Source: Marsupella aquatica
Lineage: Eukaryota; Plantae; Marchantiophyta
NCBI GenBank assembly: GCA_973895155.1
Contig: OZ316896.1
Span: 18,712,754 to 18,776,753, forward strand
Direction of reading: 5' to 3'
Length of the DNA stretch: 64,000 bases
In this document: in pieces, positions 1 to 13,291 of the stretch
How the letters are laid out: each line of letters opens with the position of its first letter
How positions within the stretch are numbered: position 1 is the stretch's first letter
The notes under the pieces: model-generated
The model's input: the letters and a program-made list of their open reading frames with translations, nothing else
The model's database searches: none
Told to the model about the DNA's origin: nothing
Translations under genes and position numbers: made by a program

Positions 1-164
1 TGTTAACCGTGGGAAGAGTATGCAACAACCAATTGGAGACCGTAGAACCCAATTTAAATTTAAATCTAGATCTAAGTGAATGGACAAGTCCTCGGTGTCA
101 TAAGGAAATTAGACTATATGGGGAATAGTTTAGTTTTGTGTGAAAATATAAAAGTAGAGATTTC

Positions 165-450
165 TATGGTAACAAGTAGATTTTGACTTCTACCAAAGTA
201 AAATTATAAGTATTGGTAATTTTTAGGAATTACCATAGTAACAAGTAATTTCTAGAATATATCATAATAAAAAAGTAAATTTTGGTAACTTTTAATGTCA
301 TAGTAAATAGTAAATTCTTAAATTTACCATAAAAAAAAGTAAATTTTGATAACTTCTAGAGTTTATCATAGTAATAAAATAAGTTCTAGAATTTATTGTG
401 GTAAAAAAGTTAACTCTAGTAAGCTCTAGTAATTTCTAGTATCTTCTAGG
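165..450. repeat. Degenerate AT-rich tandem repeat (~65-70 bp period)
   Basis: Recurrent motifs CATAGTAA..AGTAA.TTCTAGA and AAAAAAGTAAATTTTG.TAAC; a 9-bp ATAGAGTGY microrepeat follows at ~530-580. Confidence 0.55.
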
Positions 451-2298
451 ATACTCTTGTAAAGGGACCAACGTGGTCTGGCTCCAATTATAAATCTATT
501 TTCTAGCATTTCAAACGTATGAGTGCGAGGATAGAGAGTGTATAGAGTGTATAGAGTGCATAGAGTGCATATTGTGTGCATTAGATTTACATTAGAGGAA
601 TGCCTGAACATCGATTCTAGGACTAAATAGAATGTCTATGCCACCGGTTTCTATGGTGGAACGGATCTAAGTTTCCTAATTCTTGGTCATGGAAGGCATT
701 GCCACCACTTGAGTACCTTGAGGATGGAGCTTTGAATTTGGCAAGGTCGGCTATGCCGCCAATACCATAAATATAATGTCTACAAACCTGTGCTCAAGTA
801 GGAACGGCTCTGTCGCTAAACCTATCTTAGAAAATATATAGAAAGTATGAATGTCAATATTGATTTGAATGAGAGTCCGCAAATTCTAAACTTACGTTCT
901 ACGGTGAGAATTAAGTTGATAGTAAAGAGGAAGATAGATATTAGGCAGGTTCTTACATAGAAGTTTGGAAAAGAAGGATACATACTGCAGTTATCGCATC
1001 GTCAAATCCATTAATACTCTATAGATGTACAAATGAGGATGTGAGTGTTTTTATAATAGTGTAATAGATGAGAGATCATAGTCGAGAGGGGGAAAGAAGT
1101 ACGTAGAGAAGATTATCACTTGGAGGAGATATTTGTGGAGCGTTGGCCTGACCCCGACTACTCTGGTGTTATTGCCAATAATTGGAGTTGATCACACATA
1201 TCTCTTGGTACCAAAAGTGCTTAGGAGTCCTTGCGAAAAAGGGTAGGCCATTCCCATGCAATTTATCTGGAGAAAACGGCAAGAGGCACAGGGTAACCCA
1301 AGGAACTTGAGAAATGGTCGGGAGAGGACAAGGTTCTCAGTCAATGAAATTGGTTCTAAGCATGAGGTCTCTTACAAGTGGTGAATAGCATAATTAGCAT
1401 ATGCAGCTAGACACCCGACGTGTTCTTGAGAGCTTACTATTCCCATGACACCGGAGAGGAGGCAGATGACATGTTGGAAGTGCAACAAGGGAGGACACTT
1501 CAAGCGAGACTGTAAGGGCAAGGCAATTGAGTCTTCATCGGTCAATGTGGCTAGGGCCAATGGAAAAGATGATTTACTCAATGATGAGTATGTTTTATAA
1601 AACCAAGGGTATGCCCTAGATGCACTTCATCTAGGAGAGCAGATGATGTGTGGATTCTTAATTGTGTTTGCTCTTTTCACATTTGTTACATTTATGAGTT
1701 TTCAATTCTTACTCTGTTTCAAACGGTTTAGTTCTAATGGAAAATTATCACTCTTGTCGAATTGAGGAAATTGGGTCTATGAAGATTGATGGCGTTGTGT
1801 GCATAGTGTCTAGAGTCAAGTATGTACCTGATATGCATAAGAATTTAATTTGACTCAGTGTATTGGATTCAAATGGTCATCAATATCTGAGCATTATTGA
1901 TAGTGAATTTCAAGTCATGTCGGGATAGACTAATTTTGAAGGGGAGAAGACAAAAGAATTTGTATGTGTTGTAGGGCAATATTGTATGTGGAGAGGTCAC
2001 TGTAACCAAGTCTCATGAAGAGATGACTCAATTGTGATATTCACGGCTTGGCCACATGAGTGAGAAGGGTTTGGCTATCTTACTGAAGAATGGACTCATT
2101 TTTTATTTGCAATCTTGTAAATTAGAGTTCTATGAGCATTACATTCTTGGAAAGCAGCATTGTCGTGCTTTCGGTGTTGAAATTCATCGTCCAAACCGAT
2201 TCTTGAGCACATACATAGTGATGTGTGGGGTCCATCCCCGATTCCCTCACACTCTGGAAAGTTGTACTATGTATCGTTTATTGACAATTACTCAAGAT

Positions 2299-2530
2299 CT
2301 CAGGGGTTTCACTTCCACAAAAATGACATATACATGCGACGAAGTATAGGGTTATTTGATTGGTTTGAAGGGAAGACTTAAGAATTTTCTGAGAAGAACA
2401 ATAGGGTCTCCAAGAATAATCCAACTTTATAAGGGTTGAAAAAATATTATTTTTTCTTACATTTTAGGGGGTCCAAGAACTAAAAATGTCGCAGGTGATG
2501 GGGAGACATCCATATAGTGAGATCCTCGAG
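2299..2530. mobile_element. MITE (family A, hAT-like 8-bp TSD) inserted in the copia-1 integrase
   Basis: Exact TSD CTCAAGAT at 2291-2298 and 2531-2538; imperfect TIRs CTCAGGGGTTTCACT / AGTGAGATCCTCGAG. Removing it restores IDNYSRFVWIYF. Confidence 0.85.
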
Positions 2531-4579
2531 CTCAAGATTTGTGTGGATTTATTTCATGATGCATAAATCTGATGTCTTATCCATTTTTAAGAAGTGGAAG
2601 GCCTAGGTGAAGAATCAAACAAGAAACACGGTTGTGTTTGGATACAAGGGTGAAGAGTCTAAGGTTAGACAATGACACAGAGTACACTTCAGTGGAATTT
2701 GAAGAGTATTATTCAAAACAGGGGATAACTTGTCATCTCACCACACTTTATACTAGCTCTGTAGCATAATGATGTCATTGAAAGGCTCAATCGGACACTA
2801 TTGGAATGGTCACGAAGTATGTTGAGTCAATCAGGTTTACCACAAAAAATTTGGGTAGAAGCTATCAATATTGTAGCTTATTTGATGAATTTTTCTCCTT
2901 CTAGTGCTATCAATTTCAAAACACCGTCTGAGATGCGCTATAAGCGATAAGTAGACTATCATGGCTTGGTAGTTTTTGGAAGTGATGCATATGCTCTCAC
3001 ATCAAAGCAGAATAGAACCAAGTTGGATCCTACCTCCAAGAAATATATTTTTCTTGGTTACCAAAGTGGTGTGAAAGCCTATAGGCTATGGAATCCTATT
3101 GCCTGTAAGCTTGTTGTTAGTAGGGATGTTTCTTTCAATAAATCCAGATTATTGAAGGAGGGGGAGTATACTCAAGTCTTCCGTATTGACAAAAAAAATT
3201 CTCCTATCTCGGATCTCGTTGAGGGAGAGATTGGTCATGAGGTGCATGATCAAAGAGAAGGAGTTGCTCCAATGATGGAGTTGGTTCCTGTGCCAAGGGA
3301 AGAGAAGTCTGTTGATGTTGTTTAGCAAAAAGTGGATGTTGTTGAGCTTCAGATTGTACTAGCAAGCGCAGATCAACCGGAGTCATTGACTAGAAGAACT
3401 TTTGGTCGCACTGTATGCGCTCCACCAAGGTATGGATAGTGGGTTGATTCATCTCAATTACAAGAGGAGGATTTTGTTTTTGATGATGAGGATGATGCGT
3501 TGATTTTGGAAGCAGGAGAACCTTCTTCATTTCATGAGGCAAGTGCTTCTAAAGAGAAACAAAAGTGGACTGCAGCAATGCAAACAAAGATGTAGTCATT
3601 GAAGGACAACAAAACTTGGGAGCTTGTCAAGCTACCTGAGGGACAACAAGTGATGGACAACAAGCGGATATACAAGCCGAAAGATCAGTTCACGGGAGGT
3701 GGATGGAAGGTCTACAAGGTTGGTAGCCAAGGGATTCACACAGGAGAAAAGTGTGGATTACAATGAGGTCTTCTCACCACTTGCTAAGTACTCTATAATA
3801 CAGCTATTATGTGTATTTATTGTTATGTTTGGTCTGCTGCTAGATCAGATGAATGTTGTCACAACTTTTCTCTATGGCACCTTGGAAGAGGTTCTTTTCA
3901 TGAGATAGTCGCTAGGTTTTGTGAAGAGAAGACAAGAGGATTTGGTTTGTAGATTATTGAGATCCTTGTATGGATTGAAGTAGTCACCAAGACAATGGAA
4001 TAAACGGTTTGATGATTGGATTCACGCACAGGGTTTTCACAAGAGTGTGTTTGACCCTTGTGTGACATATCTTAAATCGGTGAAGAATGTTATCTATGAG
4101 TTCATTGTTTTAGTACTTTATGTGGATGACATGCTTATTGCGGCCAAGGATAGATTTAAAATTGTTAAGCTCAAGACAGTGCTCAGTACAGAGTTTAAAA
4201 TAAAGAACTTAGGGCTAGCTAATAGGATTTTGGGTATGGAGATCACTAGGAACTTGGAGGCTAGAAGTTATGGTTGACACAGAACAGTTATGCGAGGAAG
4301 ATAATCGCTAGGTTCAACATGGGGGATAACAAGCTAGTAAATACCCCTTTGGCTCCACACTTCAAGTTGTCATAAGCTTTCTGTCCTACGGATGAGACAG
4401 AGAAGGGGCTGATGTCAAAGGTTCCTTATGATAAAGCAATGGGAAGTCTTATGTATTTGATGACTTGCACTAGGCCTAATCTTGCCAGGGCTATGGGCAA
4501 GGTGAGTAGGTACATGTTGAATCCAGGGAAGGTACACTGGGAAGCAATGCAATGAATTATCCGGTACTTGAAGGGTACT

Positions 4580-4851
4580 TGTTAACACTATGCACATGTA
4601 AACACCATACAAAGTAGTCGATACAACGAGTACATGGTTTACCTCACGACTGAGACTACGTCCATAGGAAAGCAAGAGACCTTTACTTCTCTCTTGTTCC
4701 ACTCCAACAATGAACTAAAGATCCATTAGGGGCTGGCATCAACCCTGGTTATATACAACATGCATCACTGCTAACCTTAGCTAAGTCCTAACCTGAGTTA
4801 GCCTAACTGCAATTAGCTCTAGAGTCACAAGACTAAGAGCAATACTCAATA
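4580..4851 (-). mobile_element. Solo LTR of a related copia family nested in copia-1 RT/RNase H
   Basis: Ends TGTT...AATA (decayed AACA); TSD GTACT (4575-4579) / GTACC (4852-4856). Shares motifs such as GAGTCACAAGACTAAGAGCAAT and CCCTGGT..TATACAA with the copia-2 LTR. Excision restores LKGTMDHGLLFD. Confidence 0.88.
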
Positions 4852-5571
4852 GTACCATGGATCATGGTCTATTGTTTGATGCACATGCTGATAATGCTAG
4901 ATCATTGATGGGCTATGTAGATGCTGACTATAGGGATCTGGACCGGAGGAGATCAATAATAGGGTATGTGTTCACACTTGGCGGTGGAGTTGGAGGTCTA
5001 CTTTGCAAAAGTGTATTATTCAGTCTACTCCCGAGTCTACTATAGAAGTGAAGTATGTTGCAGTAACAAAAGCAGCAAAGGAAGCAATTTGGTCGGATAG
5101 ACTGATCACTAAAATGGGATTGCCACAAGGGAATGTGAAGCTCCATTGTGATAGTCAGAGTGCGCTCCACCTTGCTGTGAACCAGGTGATGGATTGTAGA
5201 GTGAAGCACATTGACGTTAGGTACCATTTTATCAGATAGGCTGTGTCAGATAATATGTTTGAGCTAGTCAAGATTGACGGTAAACTCAACCCGGACTGAC
5301 GCTTTTACTAAAGTGATTCCTTTGGAGAGTTTTTCTAGACACCTGATGTGTTGCAGGTTTTGCAATTGCATCACAAGTAGGGTTACTTAACATTTGTGTA
5401 GATATTGATATATGCTATTCCTCATTCCTTGTATAGGCTACGGCTTAGTTCTGGTCTACTCTCGTTTAAAGAGAGAAAAATCGGTTTGGTTTCTCTTTCC
5501 AAAAATTCCCGATGAGTAATCAAATAGGTAGCAGTCTTTACCCTCCCCTAGACCAGAGTCAAAGGAGAGAT

Positions 5572-5925
5572 TGTTAGGATTTACTCTTAGTCTAGAGTTA
5601 CGACTATATCGTAGTGAGGGCTAACCTTAGTCGCAGACTAGGTTAGGTTAGTCATGATGTGCACACACTATACCTAAGCGGTGTTTGCTTGGAGAGTAGG
5701 ACTCAGTTCATTATAACGGAGCCAATTGAGATATAGGAAGAGCTTGTGTTGTGGATGCTTGGTATAGCCAGTCGGCCTAGAGTCTCGCCTAGAATGCAGT
5801 AAAGCTCTTGTGTGTTCTCGTGGACGTAGCCTCATGTGGAGGTGAACCACGTATCTCCCGGTGTTGATACTTGTGCGTTTGATGGTTTGTGGGCTTGCCG
5901 TTGCGATTGTCGTCTATGCTCAACA
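5572..5925 (+). repeat. 3' LTR of copia-1
   Basis: Starts TGTTAGG right after the PPT and ends CTCAACA; similar to the reverse complement of the copia-2 LTR (CTCTTAGTC, GGTTAGGTTAGTC, GGACGTAGCC, GAGGTGAACCACGTA). Confidence 0.8.
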
Positions 5926-8900
5926 GAGAGTGGTGTCTCCTTGGGGGCCAAGGGCAAGCCCAAGTCGTGAGCCGCGTCGGTCGTGACACTAAGGAGAAAC
6001 GCCAAATAGAAACGACAATAACTTCTCAACGGGAAATCTGTTGGAGGACTTCTTGGATACATTGGAAATCTCTTGAGGAGGACTATTTCCTACTGAGCTC
6101 AACTAGGTCTAGGGATGCCTTTGGGTCTCGAGGTTTGCGGGGGCTATCTCGTTCGCTTGCTAAATCTTGCCGAAACAATAGCCAAACCGCGTTGAGTTTC
6201 CCATAGAAGCTTGCGTTTGGGAGGCAATGCAGAGTAGGCATGGGTGTTGAGGTCCAAGTGCATTTGGCTCCTAGACTCTCAGTTGGGTTGGAACCTTGGA
6301 GATGGTTGCTAGAGTCGGGGCCAAACTGGTCTTGGCAGTTGGAACAAGCTTAGAGAGCTAGCTATTTGGGTCATGAGCATGTCCTCAGGGCACGGCGATC
6401 AGCAAGTGACTGATAGAAAATGGGAAATCATGGGCAACACCCGATAGAGGGGCTGTTCTAAACAAACAATGGGTGTTGGCTTTGGCTTTGGCTTCTGACA
6501 AGACCAAGCTGACCCGAGAGGTTCTATTTGCTAACCTACTTACCAGCATCTGTTGAGCTTGAGTCGAGACACTAGTCTTGGAGTTCCTAGATCCTGATGG
6601 GTTACTTACCTAGGTGTTTGGTTGCTTGTGCAGACAGTGAGGACTGTTGAGCAACAGACTTGTTAAGGAGCAAGTGCGGCTTTGTATGGGAATGACCGTT
6701 GGTTGTGCTAGAGGTACCAAGTTGCTTGCTTAAGGAATTCTGTGTAGGCATTCAGGCACCAAGGACACTTACGCAAGAGTGTTGGGATTGGTGAGGGCAC
6801 TGGGGGGCTAGGTCCACCACTATTTGGCACGCCATTGCCCATACCATCCATCAATACAAGCAAAATCAATTCAATCAAATGCACTTTGCTCCTACAAATA
6901 GTTTGATAGCAAATTGCTCAGGAAGAGCATACATTTTGTGTCAAGCTTTCAAATTGTTTCTTGGGCATTTTGTGTCAAAGTTTCGACTGGTTCTTTGTGG
7001 AATTCACATCCCAATGGACTCTCAATTTGAACTGGAACATTGAAGTGTTGGTTGACATTTTTAGTGGGTAACCCATCGCATGCATCAAAAAGGACTTGCC
7101 ACTTTAGGTGATAGCAAGGAACTTTACCTTGCACCATTGGGAGTGCTTTTAACAGCAATTATTATTGGGAAAGAATCAGTATTAACACTAATTTTGGTGA
7201 AAGTGACCTTGAGTCCAAAGTAACAATAATTAGTCAGTTTTCCAAAATAGTTTTTTTTTTCACTTTTGGTTAAAGTAATAGTAAAAACTGGTTCATCTTG
7301 AGTCCAAAGTAACACACTAGTTATTGCTAAGTTTTGGAAACTGTTTTTTCCTACTATTTTCCCATTCTTGAGACCAGAGTACCATTAATTTTATGCACTC
7401 GGAGTTTAGTGTTATAATAGAATTAGTGTGAGTAAAACAAATTCATGGGTGGAGCCAAAAAAATGTTTGCTATTGAACTAGCCAGAAAAAAACAGCTTTT
7501 AAAGGTTGGTAAGCACGACTAGCGAGTACAAACAGCTTTTCAAGGTTGAGAACCCAAGTTCCCACTCGGCATCCAGAAGGCTGGGATTACAAAGTCCGAC
7601 AGGTCCTGTTGAGCTCCATTTTCCGACGGCGATCCACAACTCAGGTAGGGCTTACAAGAACGAGTGGTCTTGTCACATGAGAGGTCACGTCAAGCTCCGT
7701 TTTTCGACAGCATTCTAGCAGAAAGGAATCAATGGCTAAGAAGAGACTGAAATCCTCAAACCAAACGAACAGAAAGAATTCAATGGCTAAAAGACTGAAA
7801 TTGATGTCACCAGATCAAGCAGACATGATACGGCTTTTGGGTGAAGTCTTGGTGTCCAGAAAGGAGAAGTGAAATCCCAGTGTCCAAACAGGAGAAGTGA
7901 AATCTAGTGTCCAAAAAGGAGAAGAGTCAGTCAGTTCATTCTTGTAAAGCCAGCATCAGATGAGCCTGATGTGCGGTCTTGGAGCCAAAACATAGAATTT
8001 CAGTACAATTGAAGATGCGCGAATTAGAGCTATATTCATCCATCTAATTTGAACCGAATCTTGCTCCAGGAACACATTTCTAACGTAAACACCAAAAACA
8101 ATTTCCCTGCCTCTGAGGATAACAAAATGTTCAGGTCGAAAGCATTCATTTAGTGCCAGAGGAACAACTCCTCCCCCTCCCGCTCCCCACAAGGTCGGAG
8201 GATAACAAAACGGGTGTCCAATGCTCAAGAGCTTTATTCTGTCTGTCAAGGCACTTGCTTGATTGAGTAGAACATTTTAACAATTGTTTTTCAGAAAGAA
8301 GGCCCACCATGATTTCCACATACTGGAGATCTTCCTAAAATGGACTTGTCAAGCAGCAACAATTCTATCAATTGAACTTACGCGCTGCAAGTATAAGAAG
8401 CCTTCCATGTGGCGGTGAGCCTACATACTTCCAACTGATGCATCAAGCATGACTGTCGTACTTGCCTTTTGAGACCTCTGCCTATATTCCATGTCTGATT
8501 TCTGTTCCGCTCAACTGATGGGATCTGCTGAGTGTACACATCGACAAAGAAGCTTCTGGAGTGGTCTGGCTGAAGTGCGTGTCGTGATGGTATGGAGTCA
8601 CCAAGATTTCGAAGCCTTATGGAACCCCAACAAGTAGAACCACGTCTGAAGGATGCAGAAACAGCCCGAGTCTCAGGAAAGGACAGTAACTTCAACGCCC
8701 AAGACCTCATCAACATGAGGAACGGTTTACCACACTTCTTGTGTTGCTCCTTCCATGATCATTGAAGCAGGGGTGATATACCTCCCATAAAGATGTATCT
8801 ATTCCTGATCGGAAACGACCCCCTCAGATCAGAAAAACAACCGCGCTGCATCACAGTTGGTGCTCCCAACCCGAGGTGATAACCTACCAGACACTGTACT

Positions 8901-9269
8901 TGACAGCAGAGCGTACCATAGTGGAACTGTTTCCTGAATCTTTCCACCCTCGGGTATGCATGAGGTCATCAGAGAGACAAATAAATGCATCCCTCTCCTT
9001 AAGTACTCGTGGCAACGTAGTGTGTCCAAAGACTGGCAATGGAAGATGTTTTTGAGTGGCACGGAAATCCTAACTTCGGGCGAAGGCCACTTCCAAATAC
9101 TCGTTCCAAAGAGCATGGATGAGAACCTTGACTTTGACAAAGTCTACAACATATACACTGTTGAGCAGCTGAGCTTCTGCTCTTCTAAAAATCAATGATG
9201 AGGATTATATACACATGTCAGAAAAAATTATGGGACATGGATGGGCGACCCAGTTGCTACACCATGATC

Positions 9270-12200
9270 TTAAAAGGGTCTCAGCTTCTCCATTAGCTCA
9301 GTTGTCCCACCGTTAACAAGGTGATCGAGTCCACCAACGTTGCCATTACTAGTGGAGCTGGTGCCGTTACTTCTAGGAGAACTCTTGTTCAAACCCCATA
9401 TTCGAATGGTATGATCATCACTAGCTGATGCAAACATGTAAGGATTCACAGGATTCCAGCTTACACAATTCACTGTCCCTGAATGACCAGGCAAAACTTC
9501 TAGGAGCTCACCGTTACCTCTATGCCACAGATAAACCTGCAATATACCACATATCACACTTAGATCAGTAATGTCAACATGATTCAATACCAACTTCTTA
9601 GAGGAGGACTTGTCAGTGTGGTATTAAGAACAGAGCGCAAGGATTGAACTGTCATGCCGTCACATGTGTTCTCAGTGCAAGGGCTCAACTTGCTTCCTCC
9701 ACCACCAGCTAAGAGAAAGGAATACACGGATATAACTAGTTTGAAGTAACTAGGGGAATTACATACATGTCAAGCACATTAACCAATATGACTACTTGTA
9801 AGACCCTAAACTTCATAGCTAACAATTGCACCACTGCCAGAAAAAGAAGTATTTGTCCAGAATACAACATTAAGAAAATAAGCAAGAACGAGAGACTAGA
9901 GGAACAAACCTGGGAATCTTCACTCCCACTGAGAATGAAAGCTTGATCGGAGCCACCAAAGCATGAACGGATAACATAGCGCCCTTGTCGATGTCCCTTA
10001 TACTTAAACGGTTTACTAGAGTTGTCGTCCTCAGTAATATCCCATAAGTGAATCTCTTGACTTACAAGGTTCACAAGGAGATACCTACCATCCCTTGACA
10101 CTGACAGAGAAGTAATGGACTTCTCTTCTTCTATAACTCTATCTACCTTCAGCTCCAGGTTATAAATTCTGATGTCCTTATCTCCACAAATGCTAACCAG
10201 GTGGCTGCCATCCCTTGTGATGGCAATGTCGCTAATGCGTGGCATCCTTGATCCTTTCCATGCATCCAGCTCCTTGCCTTCCAGGTCCCAAATATAGATG
10301 CACTTGTCACTTCCTCCAGATACAAACCGCCTGCCATCAGGGAACCAGGCACATGAACTGAAGAAGCTGTTCCTCTTGTCAAAAGTGTGCTTGCACTCAC
10401 CCGTTTGCAGATCCCAGAGCTTCACTACTTCCTCGTTTCCACAAGTGAGAAGCTTGGTGTCATCTGGGCTCCATGCCACAAATGAAACTGGCTTCAGATG
10501 TCCTTTGAGAATGTATTTCAACTTAATAAAGTCATCTCGCACGACCTGCTCAGAATTCAGATTCCTTTCAGTCTCTTTACTTTCTGTATTATGAAGTCGA
10601 GGCTAAATTGATGATGGAATGACGCGAACTCCAAAAGCATTCACTCGCTCTAACATCAATCATGTAACTTCAAGCACATGAAAGGATGAGCACCATAAGC
10701 TGCAACTCAAAAAACAACTCTTCTATAGCAAAGCATCAAAACGAACAGCAGAGTTCATGCATGTACCTCCCAAATAATCGCTGTACAGTCTTTGGAGGCA
10801 GATGCAAGATACTTCCCATCGTGAGAAAACTGAAGAAACCATACTTCATTATCATGTTCCTCAAGAACCTGCATGTGTTCCAGAGTCCAACAATCGGAAG
10901 AAAGCGGGAACATATTAGAAAGTAGGTTATACGCAGCATCATTTCATTACTTTCCGTTCGGTAGACGCCCCTTTAAACGAGGACATCTAAACATAACATA
11001 TAGAGCACAACGAACGTAGAGGCGGGTATGAGAATAAGACACGATCACAAACTCAGATCATTGCTGACCTTAACTCACATAACATTCACTTAAAACAAAA
11101 CACTGATCTTCATAAGTGGATCCGTGTAATATCAGGAAAGAAGTCGAATCAGAACACGCGCTTGTAAAGAACCTACACTGGATAAGCTAAGTAGAACAAT
11201 CTGGTATAGACTAAAAGGGACCGAATTCTGCCCTGCTGGAAAATCGAGAGATTTGCTCCTGATTAAATACACCTAAAACAACAGAGGATGCAGACGTCAA
11301 CATGCACAGATAATTGGCATACTTGCACATATAGCAAGGGTCCAAGCAATACCTTCTGCAAGATGAAGTAGAAAGTACCCAAAGAGCAACTTGCTTTGCT
11401 TATATCTTCACTATATCACTTCACTACAAGTGTATGCTGACCATCAAAATTTACAGCTCAATAGCGTTTGAAATGAGTCCCAAAAGTCCCGTGTGTACAG
11501 TGCCCAATTATCGCAATCCCTGCAACCGTAGTCAGTGTGCGTGCCATGTGACGATACTAATAGATGTCCTTTTATCATCTGCAACCCTAAGGGTAATTTC
11601 CCAACTTACACGACCACAGATACAAAAGATCTGTGATTGGAAAGACTACCTATCAGTAACATATGTGATATTACTGCATATTTCTTTATGAAACTCGCTA
11701 CACCTTTTGTCTGTGTACACTTGATATTTACGTCCCCGGAGAAAAACTTGAACTTATCTCTATATTATGTCTAACGTATTACAAAATCGGTCCTCTCCAA
11801 GCATAATCTCGTGACTAGTCCGAGACCTAATTGGCTGCAAAGTCTGGCACAAATCGATGATGACACTTACTTCAATTGAGCTACAAGGGTTCGCAGTCAG
11901 ATCCCTTTCCAAAACGCAGATGTCGGGTATCCATTAAAAAAAATACAAAATTGAGAAGACGATTTGCATAGCGACCAAGCTACTCTCACTGGGTTCCACA
12001 TGAGAAACCAGCTAGACCGGTTTGTCCTGGGAAAACGCTAACTGAATAGCGCAGCTCCTTCAAAGAAACCGAGAACAGCATAATTGAGCAGAGATCAGCC
12101 ATTAAGTGATATATTGCACTATCTGACCCGACTTCTTATCCGACTCTTAAGTCTCCTATGACGGACGTCAACTGCAAATTCCGCTGAGGAATTGCTCAGA

Positions 12201-13291
12201 GGTACTATGTGTTTAACCGAGTTAGGCAAGCTACGGTAGGGTAACATGGACATGAAGAGCAAACAGCAAGCATCTGAGCAGTGAAGATTTTTCATAAACT
12301 CTTCTGTCAAGAAGCGTGTAAGATCCTGTCATAGAGACCAAGAAGACAAGGACGATCCCAGATGCATTAAATTGACTATGGACTAAATTGTCGGAGCAAT
12401 ACCTCAACCTCTTCAAATCGCCGTCATCTGCACAGCGGGGACCATAGAAGCAACAGGCAAGAAGCGCGAGTGTCCGAGAGGTAGAAAAGAAGGACATACC
12501 TGCAAGGTCTTTGTTGGAATCTGATCCCGGCCACAACGATGATCAGTGTACAGACACAGAGCATTGTCGAGGGAATTGTGGAAGATGCACGCCTCCCTCT
12601 GCACAGTTAGTGCCTGGTCTACCAGATGCTCCAGTCTCTTCTCAGGAATCATGACTGAAGGTGGCAGAAGCACTTGGAGTTCTTCTAAAAGCTTCAGCCG
12701 GGAGTCCAAACCAGCCCCTTTCCAGTCGGCCTTGTCAAGCAGCTCCTCCCTGGAAGGACATATCACCCAAGTCGCAAGCTCATGGACTCTCTGCGTGTTG
12801 ATCTGTAGTGGAGATATCTCCGTTCGCAAGGTCTTCAGTGCTCCCACAGTATCAGTCGCATCCAGCAATTCCAAGAATTTCTGCTGCAATACCAGAAATG
12901 AGGCTGACTTAATAGTGTCGGGGTCCAGCGGCCCCACCTTCTTCAGAGTGGCGACACTCTCGTCCCACTTACCGCTCAGGATTTCATTGCGAAACTGTGT
13001 AACAACAGGAGATTGAAGAGCAACTCCGGACTCTTCTTCCAGGACGCTAGCAGCCTTCTGATATCCAAGCGAGACCAGAGCCTGCGTTATAATTCTGACA
13101 AACTCCTTCTGTCTAATCTGCCCTTTGCTACCGAGTGTCTGTCCACCGTCCGACGAAGGCAAATCCCTGGCCATTGGGGCCAACCCCGACGCACGAACGG
13201 GAGATGCTTCTCCTGCCACGAACTTCGGAGAGCAGAGAGACAATTTAATTCGTTTCAAGGGTGGAGGCCCGTCACAATCGTCTCCTCCCAT
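9270..13291 (-). CDS. WDR26: WD repeat protein 26 / GID7-like (LisH-CTLH + WD40), ~598 aa; exons 13291-12500, 10868-10767, 10545-9910, 9536-9270
   Basis: LisH/CTLH sequence ([15 protein letters not shown]..., [12 protein letters not shown]), WD40 repeats, [22 protein letters not shown]. All three introns are GT-AG, phase 0, and join into one frame. Confidence 0.93.

Larger units (their letters stand above)
1370..5925 (+). mobile_element. Decayed Ty1/copia LTR retrotransposon (copia-1); 5' LTR and most of gag not recognisable
   Basis: Copia domain order: zinc knuckle CWKCNKGGHFKRDC (~1470-1515), protease WIL.C, GAG-pre-integrase LGHMSEKG, integrase, RT ([16 protein letters not shown]) and RNase H (GYVDAD, CDSQSALHL, KHIDVRYHFIR). 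Many stops and frameshifts. PPT AAAGGAGAGAT at 5561-5571. Confidence 0.95.

Noticed and set aside
1-1220. 5' LTR/PBS of copia-1 (TGTTAA at position 1, TGGTACCA at ~1206)
   Set aside because: No similarity to the 3' LTR at 5572-5925.
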